A stretch of DNA of 62,755 nt from Bacillota bacterium. GTDB taxonomy: Bacteria; Bacillota_I; Bacilli_A; Erysipelotrichales; Erysipelotrichaceae. The DNA lies in the NCBI GenBank assembly GCA_021847325.1, contig JAJZTY010000001.1, forward strand, positions 1-62,755, read 5' to 3'. Of the stretch, positions 24,148 through 32,465 are shown piece by piece. The position numbers were made by a program, and so were the translations under genes. A model generated the notes under the pieces. The model was not told the origin of the DNA. It searched no databases and saw only the letters and a program-made list of their open reading frames with translations. Positions within the stretch are counted from its first letter, which is position 1. Each line of letters starts with the position of its first letter.

Positions 24148-25275
24148 TTATCTCAAGACTGAAGCACTAATAACCATGCGTTGTACTTCAGATGTCCCTT
24201 CATAGATTTCAGTAATTTTCGCATCTCTCATCATACGTTCAACAGGGTATTCACGTGTATATCCATAACCACCAAAGAGTTGAACAGCTTGTGTTGTGAC
24301 ATTCATAGCAGTTTCTGAAGCGAAGAGTTTTGCCATCGCAGCTTCTTGTGAGAAATTCTTTTGTGTATCTTTAGCGTGTGCCGCTTTATAAACTAAGCAA
24401 CGAGCTGCTTCAATTTGAGTTACCATATCCGCAATCTTAAATTGAGTGTTTTGGAATTGACTAATCGATTGATTAAATTGTTTACGATTCTTAGTGTAAT
24501 TTATGACTTCATCAAGTGCTCCTTGAGCAATTCCCAAGGCTTGTGCTGCGATTCCAATACGTCCACCATCGAGGGTTGCCATCGCAATTCTAAATCCCAT
24601 ACCTTCTTGTCCAAGACGATTTTCAACTGGGACTTTTACTTTATCAAAGATCAGTTCACAAGTACTTGAACCTCGAATCCCGAGTTTCTTTTCTTTCTTA
24701 CCAATCGTAAATCCTGGCATATCTTTTTCTAAAATAAATGCAGTAATTCCTTTAGTTCCTTTTGAAGGATCTGTCATCGCAAATACAATATAAATATCGG
24801 CATAGCCAGCATTTGTAATAAATATTTTTGAACCACTAATCTCATAATAATTATCTTTTAAAGTCGCAATTGTTTTTTGACCAGCCGCATCTGTTCCTGC
24901 ATTAGGTTCAGTCAATCCAAATGCGCCAAGCTTTTCACCTTTGTTTAAAGGGATAAGATATTTCTGTTTTTGTTCCTCTGTACCAAATGCATAAATAGGG
25001 TAGGCTCCTAATGAAGTATGGGCTGATAAGATAACTCCTGTTGTACCACATGCTTTGCTCAATTCCTCAACAGCTAATACATATGCGAGTGTATCTGCCC
25101 CGCTTCCTCCATATTCAACAGGGTAGGGTATTCCATACATTCTAAGTGATTTCATCCTCTCACATGTTTCGACTGGAAATCTTTCTTCTTCATCGATATC
25201 ATGTGCAATTGGTTTTACATATAAATCGGTAAACTGCTTATAACTTTTCTTTAGTAATTGGTGACGATTATCCAT
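24148..25275 (-). CDS. Acyl-CoA dehydrogenase (short-chain/butyryl-CoA dehydrogenase-like)
   Basis: Full-length ACAD fold with GFGLTEPNAGTD-like motif (AFGLTEPNAGTD) and C-terminal catalytic Glu context (IYEGTSEVQR). Adjacent to etfBA. Confidence 0.88.
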   Translation of the reverse strand: MDNRHQLLKKSYKQFTDLYVKPIAHDIDEEERFPVETCERMKSLRMYGIPYPVEYGGSGADTLAYVLAVEELSKACGTTGVILSAHTSLGAYPIYAFGTEEQKQKYLIPLNKGEKLGAFGLTEPNAGTDAAGQKTIATLKDNYYEISGSKIFITNAGYADIYIVFAMTDPSKGTKGITAFILEKDMPGFTIGKKEKKLGIRGSSTCELIFDKVKVPVENRLGQEGMGFRIAMATLDGGRIGIAAQALGIAQGALDEVINYTKNRKQFNQSISQFQNTQFKIADMVTQIEAARCLVYKAAHAKDTQKNFSQEAAMAKLFASETAMNVTTQAVQLFGGYGYTREYPVERMMRDAKITEIYEGTSEVQRMVISASVLR

Positions 25276-25282
25276 AATTTTC

Positions 25283-25732
25283 CTATCTTGGAGGCATTAT
25301 TTCTGCCATACCACTTATAACCATTTCATTATTTTGGTTATATGCATTTGTTTCGAGTTTGACACGATTGCGTGTAGTGTCTAGTTCAACAACTTTTACC
25401 ACTGCTCTTATTTCATCATTTAAGTAGACTGGTTTTAAGTATCGAATATCTTGTCCTAAGTAAATAGATCCTTCACCTGGTAACTCTGTACCGAGTAATG
25501 CGGAGAAAAGGGAGGATACTAAATGACCGTGTGCAATTCGATGTTTGAATCGAGTTGTGGATGCGTATTCTTCGTCTAGATGTACTGGGTTTTTATCACC
25601 ACTTACTTCAGAAAACAGTACTACATCTTTGTCTTCTATACGTTTATAACTTTCAGCAAAATCACCTAAATTCAATTCTAAGATTGTCTTTCCTTTTTTC
25701 ATTATCATGTTACATATTGAAATATGAATCAC
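25283..25732 (-). CDS. MaoC-like (R)-specific enoyl-CoA hydratase / dehydratase
   Basis: Hot-dog fold with the SGDKNPVHLD active-site motif. The start is uncertain: GTG at 25732, or ATG at 25708 or 25702. Confidence 0.8.
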   Translation of the reverse strand: MIHISICNMIMKKGKTILELNLGDFAESYKRIEDKDVVLFSEVSGDKNPVHLDEEYASTTRFKHRIAHGHLVSSLFSALLGTELPGEGSIYLGQDIRYLKPVYLNDEIRAVVKVVELDTTRNRVKLETNAYNQNNEMVISGMAEIMPPR

Positions 25733-26139
25733 CTTTCATATTGTATCGTATTATTATGTGAAATCATTGTCAAGTAGTTTGTCAAAATAATAACAAAATA
25801 TTTTGTTTATAAATGACTTATAACAAATCATGCCAATATGGTATATTTAAAATAGTGAATTTGATTAAGTAGTATTTGATGATAATAGATTAGTTTTATT
25901 GATTAGAGGATTGAATATTATGATAGAGTTTAAACTATTTTCTATGCTTAAAAATAGAAAATAATTATTCGATTGAAAATATATTTGTAAATAGCTAAAA
26001 AAATTCAAACATAATGATAAAAATAAAAAATATTTAGTTATTATTAAAAATAAATCGAAAAATATTGTTAAAAGTCAAAATATCATAAGATTAAATATAA
26101 AGCTATGATAGAATAATATAGGCACGGAGGTCTAGAACT

Positions 26140-27237
26140 ATGTTTGTTGGATGTGTAAAAGAAATTAAGAATCAGGAGTATCGAGTTGGATTAATTCCAT
26201 CATTTGTAAAGAGTTTTGTGGATAAGGGGCATACTGTTTATATTGAAAAGAATGCTGGTTTAGGTTCAGGTTTTACAGATGAAGAATATGTACAATATGG
26301 TGCAGTTATTTTAGAAACGGCGAAAGAAGTTTGGGATCAATCTGATTTAATTATTAAAGTAAAAGAACCTCTAAAAAGTGAATATGCTTATTTTAGACCT
26401 GGATTAATGTTATTTACATACTTGCATCTTGCGGCTGATGAAGAACTTACTAAAGCATTATTAGAATCAAAAGTTAATTCTCTTGCTTATGAAACACTTG
26501 ATGTCAATGGAAGTTTACCACTACTTAAACCGATGAGTGAAATTGCTGGTCGTTTAAGTATTCAAGAAGCAGCTAAATACATGGAAAAACCGTTTGGTGG
26601 TAAAGGTTTATTATTGAGTGGATTACCTGGTGTTAAAAAAGCTAAAGTCATGATTATTGGGGCTGGAGTAGCGGGTAAGAATGCGGCTAAGATTGCGATT
26701 GGTATGGGAGCTGATGTGACGATTTTAGATCGTAATATTTCCCGTTTAGAACAATTAGAAAATGAGTTTGGATTTCAAATTAAAACACGTTATTCAACAC
26801 ATTCAACTATTATGGAGTTATTACCTGAAACAGATGTTGTTATCGGTGCAGTTTTAATTCCTGGCGCAAAAGCACCTAAATTGATTCTTAAAGAAGATTT
26901 AAAGAAGATGCAAACTGGAAGTATTTTAGTTGATATTGCGGTTGATCAAGGGGGTTGTTTTGAAACAACTCATCCAACTACACATTTAGATCCAATATTT
27001 ACAGTAGATGGAGTGATTCATTATTGTGTTGCGAATATGCCTGGTGCGGTTCCTCTAACTTCTACGTTAGGTTTAAATAATGCGACTTTAGAGTATAGTT
27101 TGTTGTTGGCAAATTATGGCTTAGAAGAAGCGATTAAACAAAATAAATATTTATTAAGTGCTTTAAATACATATCATGGTAAGTTAACAAATCAACCTGT
27201 AGCTGAAGCGTTTGGAATGGTTTACGAGGCTTACTAG
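26140..27237 (+). CDS. ald: Alanine dehydrogenase
   Basis: VKEIKNQEYRVGL N-terminus and IIGAGVAGKNAA Rossmann motif with a full-length Ald-like sequence. GGAGG RBS. Confidence 0.9.
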   Translation: MFVGCVKEIKNQEYRVGLIPSFVKSFVDKGHTVYIEKNAGLGSGFTDEEYVQYGAVILETAKEVWDQSDLIIKVKEPLKSEYAYFRPGLMLFTYLHLAADEELTKALLESKVNSLAYETLDVNGSLPLLKPMSEIAGRLSIQEAAKYMEKPFGGKGLLLSGLPGVKKAKVMIIGAGVAGKNAAKIAIGMGADVTILDRNISRLEQLENEFGFQIKTRYSTHSTIMELLPETDVVIGAVLIPGAKAPKLILKEDLKKMQTGSILVDIAVDQGGCFETTHPTTHLDPIFTVDGVIHYCVANMPGAVPLTSTLGLNNATLEYSLLLANYGLEEAIKQNKYLLSALNTYHGKLTNQPVAEAFGMVYEAY

Positions 27238-27240
27238 CAT

Positions 27241-28689
27241 ATGTTTCATATTTCTGATTTAAGACAGTTTTTAAGTTGTCCTCGTATTTTATGGTTAAAT
27301 CAATCCGGTGATAAACAAACATTTAATCCTTTTATACAGATGATTCATTCAATGAATCAAGACTTAATAATTAAAACTAAGGCAAAAGACTATTTCATTG
27401 GTAAACAAGGTATGTCTATGGAAGATTCATTGGATGCCTTGTCTAAGTATGAATGGTGTTTTAATTTGCGTTTTGAGGTACATGGTTTAAGAATTAAAGT
27501 GGCTGGATTGCATCGTGTTGAGGATGGCTTTGAGTTGTATTTTAATACAATGTCTGTCTTATCCAGAGTAGAGGATGCGAGTTATTTTTCGAATCATTAC
27601 TGGGTTTTAAAGCAAATCAGAATTCCAGTTGTTAAAATATTCTCTATGTATTTCAATAAAGAGTATGTACGTCATGGTGAGTTGAGTGTTGAGGATTGTT
27701 ATGTTTTGACTTCAGATTTCATTAAGCCGAGTGGACATGTTCAAGGGGATATCTTATCAATCGTATCTAAACGATCACGAGATTTAGAACCTAATCTTAC
27801 TGAAATGAATCGAGTTTCAAAATTAGAGTCTTATCCAATCACATTAGAAGAGTGTCCAAATCCAATTAAATGTGAGAAGTTTGGGATTTGTTTTAAAGGT
27901 TTAGATTTAGGTGAGAACTCAATTTATCATTTTTCTAATCCAATGAAAAAAGAATGGTTAAAACAAGGTATAACTAAGATACAGGATATACCATTAGATA
28001 ATTTAGTTCTAAGTAAAGCACAATATGCACAAATTATGGCATCTCGAATGGAAGGTCGTTTTGTAGATCAAAGGGCTTTATCATACTGGATTGATTCAGT
28101 TAGACAAACCATAATGTCATTTATAGATTTTGAATGGGATACATATGGTATTCCACCTTTTGATCAAATGCGACCTTTTGATGTAGTGCCTTTTCAGTAT
28201 TCTATTCATTATATTCAAGATGGATTAGTCCATCATAAAGAATTTCTTGGGCAAGGTGATTGCCGAGAAGAGTTTATTATGTCACTCTTAGAGCATATCC
28301 CGAGTGAAGGACCTATACTAGCTTATAATGCGTTTGGTGCAGAGGCTATACGTTTAAAACAACTAGCATTTCAGTTTCCTCAATATGAAGATGATTTATT
28401 AAAATTAATCAATCGATTTGTGGATTTAGCTCAAGTCTTTATTGATGGATTAGTTTATGACGAAAGAATGAAGGGTGCTTATTCTTTAAAACGTATCATT
28501 GAAGCAATTCATCCTGAATTATCATATGAGAATTTAGCGATTTCTCATGGTATGGATGCGGTGTATCATTATCGAAATTTAGTCGATGATGAAGAACAAG
28601 ATGAAGTAAAAGCAGCATTGTTAAGTTATTGTCGTATGGATACTTTAGCTATGGTTAAAGTATTTCAATGGTTAGAATCACTCATATAA
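27241..28689 (+). CDS. DUF2779 family protein (Cas4/RecB-like N-terminal domain plus RNase-H-fold exonuclease-like C-terminal domain)
   Basis: Cysteines at C13 and CPNPIKCEKFGIC (Fe-S-like arrangement). C-terminal FIDFEWDTYGIPPF..VPFQYSIHY..AYNA..YCRMDT pattern, which I recognise as DUF2779. Confidence 0.7.
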   Translation: MFHISDLRQFLSCPRILWLNQSGDKQTFNPFIQMIHSMNQDLIIKTKAKDYFIGKQGMSMEDSLDALSKYEWCFNLRFEVHGLRIKVAGLHRVEDGFELYFNTMSVLSRVEDASYFSNHYWVLKQIRIPVVKIFSMYFNKEYVRHGELSVEDCYVLTSDFIKPSGHVQGDILSIVSKRSRDLEPNLTEMNRVSKLESYPITLEECPNPIKCEKFGICFKGLDLGENSIYHFSNPMKKEWLKQGITKIQDIPLDNLVLSKAQYAQIMASRMEGRFVDQRALSYWIDSVRQTIMSFIDFEWDTYGIPPFDQMRPFDVVPFQYSIHYIQDGLVHHKEFLGQGDCREEFIMSLLEHIPSEGPILAYNAFGAEAIRLKQLAFQFPQYEDDLLKLINRFVDLAQVFIDGLVYDERMKGAYSLKRIIEAIHPELSYENLAISHGMDAVYHYRNLVDDEEQDEVKAALLSYCRMDTLAMVKVFQWLESLI

Positions 28690-28698
28690 GGAGGATTT

Positions 28699-29661
28699 AT
28701 GCCTAATATTATTACTCATGCACTTTGTGCAAATGATGTTTTACAACAAATCACTGATTCGAAATTAAAACAGTTAATTTTGAAATATCCAAGAGTGTTT
28801 TCTATGGCTTCAAGTGGACCGGATTTCTTGTTTTACTTTAAAGCACTTCCATTTCAAGAAGCTAAAGATGCGAAACCTGTACATGAAATTGGAAACGTGA
28901 TTCATAAGAAATGGATCAACAAATTTTATCAAAAAGCAATTGAATTATTAAAAGCTGAAACTGAAAATAAAGATATTCTAACGGTGTTTTTAGCTGGTCA
29001 TTTAATGCATTGGTCATTAGATCATAAGGCGCATCCATTTGTCTTTAATCGTAGTGGGGAAATTGGTGGTGATACAAAGTATTGGCATTATCGATTTGAA
29101 TCTATGATTGATACGATGATGGTTAAGCAAATAAAAGGGTACAAATTAAGTGAAGTCAAGAGTTATGAATTTGTCGATTCAACACCTGAACATCGCAAGA
29201 TTATTGGAGAGTTTTATCGAAAGATTGTATTAAGTGTATATAATTTGGATTTTACAACTGAAATCTATGAAGAATGTTTAGATAGTATGTTTAAACTATC
29301 AAAGTTATTATTTGATCCACATACAACAAAATTCCCATTGGTTCAAGCAAGTGAAAAAGCGATGGGATTATTTTGGAAGTATTCTAGTCATATGGTTATC
29401 GGGAAAATTGATTCTGAACATGATGTACTTAATTTGAATCACAGTCCTTGGGAACATCCTTGTGATAATGAGGTTAGTACGAAGAGTTTTGTGGATTTAT
29501 ACAATGAGGCTGTATTGGTAGGGCAAGCAGTCTTGTATCGATTGAATGATATACTATTTGAAGATAAGCAATTATCTTTGGACAATATTCTTAATGATTT
29601 AGGTTATGATACTGGAAAGGCAAATGAGATGGAATTAAAGTTCTATCGAACAATTTATTGA
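28699..29661 (+). CDS. Zinc-dependent phospholipase C / P1-nuclease-fold family protein (function unknown)
   Basis: N-terminal ITHAL histidine, GPDF, and HLMHWSLDHKAHP His/Asp metal-ligand pattern. Strong AAGGAGG RBS. Confidence 0.6.
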   Translation: MPNIITHALCANDVLQQITDSKLKQLILKYPRVFSMASSGPDFLFYFKALPFQEAKDAKPVHEIGNVIHKKWINKFYQKAIELLKAETENKDILTVFLAGHLMHWSLDHKAHPFVFNRSGEIGGDTKYWHYRFESMIDTMMVKQIKGYKLSEVKSYEFVDSTPEHRKIIGEFYRKIVLSVYNLDFTTEIYEECLDSMFKLSKLLFDPHTTKFPLVQASEKAMGLFWKYSSHMVIGKIDSEHDVLNLNHSPWEHPCDNEVSTKSFVDLYNEAVLVGQAVLYRLNDILFEDKQLSLDNILNDLGYDTGKANEMELKFYRTIY

Positions 29662-29662
29662 T

Positions 29663-30601
29663 ATGAAGATTTTTGATTTGCATGCGGATATTGGGATGCA
29701 TGTTTTATCCCAAAAGAATAAAAATGAAACTAATATTTTAAAACGATATCACATTGATAAATTATCTAAGGGTGGTATTTTTGGCGTTGGGATGGCATGT
29801 TTTTTTGAAGGTCATGAAACAAAAGAAACGGCTATACAAATGGTTGAATCTCTGAGAGATGAGATTAATCAGAATTTAGATACACTTAATTGGTATAAAG
29901 GTGGGGAATTAGACTCAACTCGAATCAATGCGATGATGACTGTCGAAGGTATGTGTTTTATTAATGATTATCCAGAAGAAATGATTGAATGGTTATATGA
30001 ACAGGGTGTTCGTATTGGTTCCTTATCGTGGAATGATGAGAATGCATTATCTACCGGTGTTCGTGGCAATCCTCTAAGAGGATTAACGGAACTTGGCAAA
30101 AGGACCATTTCACGTATGAATGAGTTGGGAATGATTGTCGATATATCACATACCAATGAAAAGAGTTTTTGGGATATTCTTGAGGTTTCAAGTAAACCGG
30201 TTATTGCGACACATAGTAATGCACGATTGTTAAGTAATGTGGATCGTAACTTAACAGATCAACAAATTAAAGCATTGATTCAAAATAAAGGTTTAATTGG
30301 ATTAGTTGCGGCAAAGAAGTTTGTAAGTTCTGATGAAGTTAAGCAAAATTCCAAAGAACTCGCAAAGCATGCGAAGCATATTAAGAATTTAGGTGGGATT
30401 GATAACCTAGCTATAGGGTTTGATTATATGGATTTCTTAGAAGGTGATTTTGGACGTTTTTCAATGGCATCTGATTTACAAGATGCGAGTGAATCTCAGA
30501 ATTTTATCAATGCGTTAATTGAAGAAGGATTTGATCAGCTTGAGATAGAAAAGATAGCTTATCTCAATGTTCAACGTTTTTTAGAAGATCATTTAAAATA
30601 A
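29663..30601 (+). CDS. Membrane-dipeptidase family (peptidase M19) protein
   Basis: FDLHADIG N-terminus, DISHTNE and ATHSNAR metal-ligand motifs of M19 dipeptidases. Confidence 0.8.
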   Translation: MKIFDLHADIGMHVLSQKNKNETNILKRYHIDKLSKGGIFGVGMACFFEGHETKETAIQMVESLRDEINQNLDTLNWYKGGELDSTRINAMMTVEGMCFINDYPEEMIEWLYEQGVRIGSLSWNDENALSTGVRGNPLRGLTELGKRTISRMNELGMIVDISHTNEKSFWDILEVSSKPVIATHSNARLLSNVDRNLTDQQIKALIQNKGLIGLVAAKKFVSSDEVKQNSKELAKHAKHIKNLGGIDNLAIGFDYMDFLEGDFGRFSMASDLQDASESQNFINALIEEGFDQLEIEKIAYLNVQRFLEDHLK

Positions 30602-30707
30602 AAAAGGCAATCAGCCCGTTACACATATATTACCACAAAAATTTCAGGTCAAAAAGACTCCTTCTTTTTAAAAAAGAACGTATAATGTGTTTAAGGAGGA
30701 AGTGACG

Positions 30708-31247
30708 ATGAAACTTCATATCCACGGAAAGAATTTAACGATTACCGAAGCTATGCTTCAAACAACCCAGAAGAAACTAGCATTTCTTGAAAAGTTCTTC
30801 TTGATTGATGAGGACACACCTGCCAACATTTCGGTTAAGGTGAATCCTAAGAATTTGAAGGTTGAGGTCACAATCTTAAGTAAGATAGCGATTCTCAGAG
30901 CGGAGGTAGTACACGAAGACTATTATGCGGCAATTGATCTTGCGGTAGACAAAATAGAAGATCAAATCCGCAGACAAAAGACACGATTATCGCGTAAGCA
31001 TCGTGAAAAATTGTCAAAAGCATTTATTGAACAGATTGATAAGGTTGAAGAAGTAGTACCACAAGGTGTGGTGAAAACAAAATCGATTACAGCAGAGCTT
31101 ATGAGTTTAGATGATGCGATAATGCGCATGGAAATGTTAGGTCACTCATTCTTCATTTATACGGATGAAGAGGATCACCAAATATCAGTTTTATATAAAA
31201 GACTTGATGGTGGATATGGCTTACTCGAAACCTCACCTGCAAAATAA
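30708..31247 (+). CDS. hpf: Ribosome hibernation promoting factor (long HPF)
   Basis: S30AE/YfiA N-domain plus a C-terminal dimerisation domain (GHSFFIYTDEED...VLYKRLDGGYGLLE). AAGGAGG RBS, and a TATAAT at 30681. Confidence 0.9.
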   Translation: MKLHIHGKNLTITEAMLQTTQKKLAFLEKFFLIDEDTPANISVKVNPKNLKVEVTILSKIAILRAEVVHEDYYAAIDLAVDKIEDQIRRQKTRLSRKHREKLSKAFIEQIDKVEEVVPQGVVKTKSITAELMSLDDAIMRMEMLGHSFFIYTDEEDHQISVLYKRLDGGYGLLETSPAK

Positions 31248-31250
31248 CAA

Positions 31251-31276
31251 ATGGATGGGAAACCATCCATTTTTTT
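31251..31276 (+). terminator. Intrinsic terminator after hpf
   Basis: Hairpin atggatgg-gaaa-ccatccat followed by tttttt. Confidence 0.9.
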
Positions 31277-31316
31277 GTGTTAAAGTGATATACTAGTACT
31301 AAGTTGGAGGACATAT

Positions 31317-31712
31317 ATGGGAGTTTTTGGGAAAATTAAAGGTTTCTTCAATCCTATGGAAGAAGAAATAGAACTAAATGAAGATGAAGCAGCTCGTTTA
31401 AGTGATTACGAAGAACCAAGTAATAAGAGTTTTTCAAAAGTAAGCATGGATACAAAGATGGTTTTGTTTGAACCACGTACATTTGATGAGGCAGAAGAAG
31501 TTGCTCGTCATTTAAAAGATCGTCGTGCTGCAGTGGTTAATTTACATCGATTGAATCGTGAATACGCACAACGTTCAATTGATTTCTTAACAGGTGTTGT
31601 GTTCGCTTTAGATGGTTCAATTCAGAAAATTGGTCATAATGTTATTTTGTGTGCACCAAAGAGTGTTGGTGTTCATGGCAAAATTTCAGTTGATGCGGAT
31701 GAAGAGAATTAG
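31317..31712 (+). CDS. sepF: Cell division protein SepF
   Basis: The C-terminal SepF domain pattern (VLFEPRTFDEAEEVARHLKDRRAAVVNL...G.V) matches SepF/YlmF. Confidence 0.85.
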   Translation: MGVFGKIKGFFNPMEEEIELNEDEAARLSDYEEPSNKSFSKVSMDTKMVLFEPRTFDEAEEVARHLKDRRAAVVNLHRLNREYAQRSIDFLTGVVFALDGSIQKIGHNVILCAPKSVGVHGKISVDADEEN

Positions 31713-31716
31713 TGTC

Positions 31717-31745
31717 TTGCCAAGATTATTTGATTATGTGATAAT
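31717..31745 (+). promoter_or_regulatory. Sigma-A promoter upstream of divIVA
   Basis: TTGCCA (31717-31722), a 17-nt spacer, then GATAAT (31740-31745). Confidence 0.6.
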
Positions 31746-31777
31746 GAGAACATCTTTAACGAGGGTTGGGTAAAAAT

Positions 31778-32281
31778 ATGGAGGCAAAAAAACCGAAATT
31801 TCGGATCATGAAACAAGGCTATGACCGATTTGCGGTGGATGATGCCTTAGAAAGATTACAATTTGAATTGGATGCGAAAGAGAAACAACTTCAATCGTAT
31901 ACAAAACAAATTGAATTTGCGAATGAACAACTTAATCTTATTAAAGAAAGATATCAAAGTTTAGTGAGTGAGCTTAATGTTCGCGAGAAAGCGGCAGATG
32001 ATATCGCAAGACTCGCTTTAAGAGAAGCGAATACGGTCATCAGTTCTGCTCAAAATAATGCGGATTCAATTGTGAAAGAAGCATTATCGACAGCTAAACT
32101 AGTATTAACAGAGATTGCTCGTATCAGTAAAGATGCACAGGGATTACGAGAAGATATGTTACAGAAGGTGCATCAATTAACGGAATCGATAGAAGCATTT
32201 CAAGTGCCTAAGATTCCAGTTGTATCGTATATTAATGATAAAGACAAGGAACAAGACGAGCCTGTCGACATTCAGAGTTAG
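31778..32281 (+). CDS. divIVA: DivIVA domain protein
   Basis: N-terminal F..GYDRFAVDDALERL lipid-binding-domain pattern followed by a coiled coil. Position upstream of ileS as in Bacillus. ATG at 31778 preferred over TTG at 31766. Confidence 0.8.
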   Translation: MEAKKPKFRIMKQGYDRFAVDDALERLQFELDAKEKQLQSYTKQIEFANEQLNLIKERYQSLVSELNVREKAADDIARLALREANTVISSAQNNADSIVKEALSTAKLVLTEIARISKDAQGLREDMLQKVHQLTESIEAFQVPKIPVVSYINDKDKEQDEPVDIQS

Positions 32282-32450
32282 AGAGCCTTTGGTTGGTGAA
32301 AAAAGGACTGAATTAGAAGAGGACATCACTTGGAAGTCGTATTCCGATTAAAAGGAATGACGGAACACACCGTTATTGTGTTGAGTGCATCGAAAGATGA
32401 ACTAAGGTGGTACCACGTTAAGCGTCCTTAGATTGAGGATGCTTTTTTTA
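32270..32450 (+). promoter_or_regulatory. T-box leader (tRNA-Ile) with terminator
   Basis: AGAGAG and GGTGAAA Stem I elements, a candidate specifier ATC (32325-32327) followed by A, the T-box sequence AACTAAGGTGGTACCACG (32400-32417), and terminator agcgtcct...aggatgct plus T7. Confidence 0.88.
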
Positions 32451-32465
32451 TGAAAAGAGGGAATT

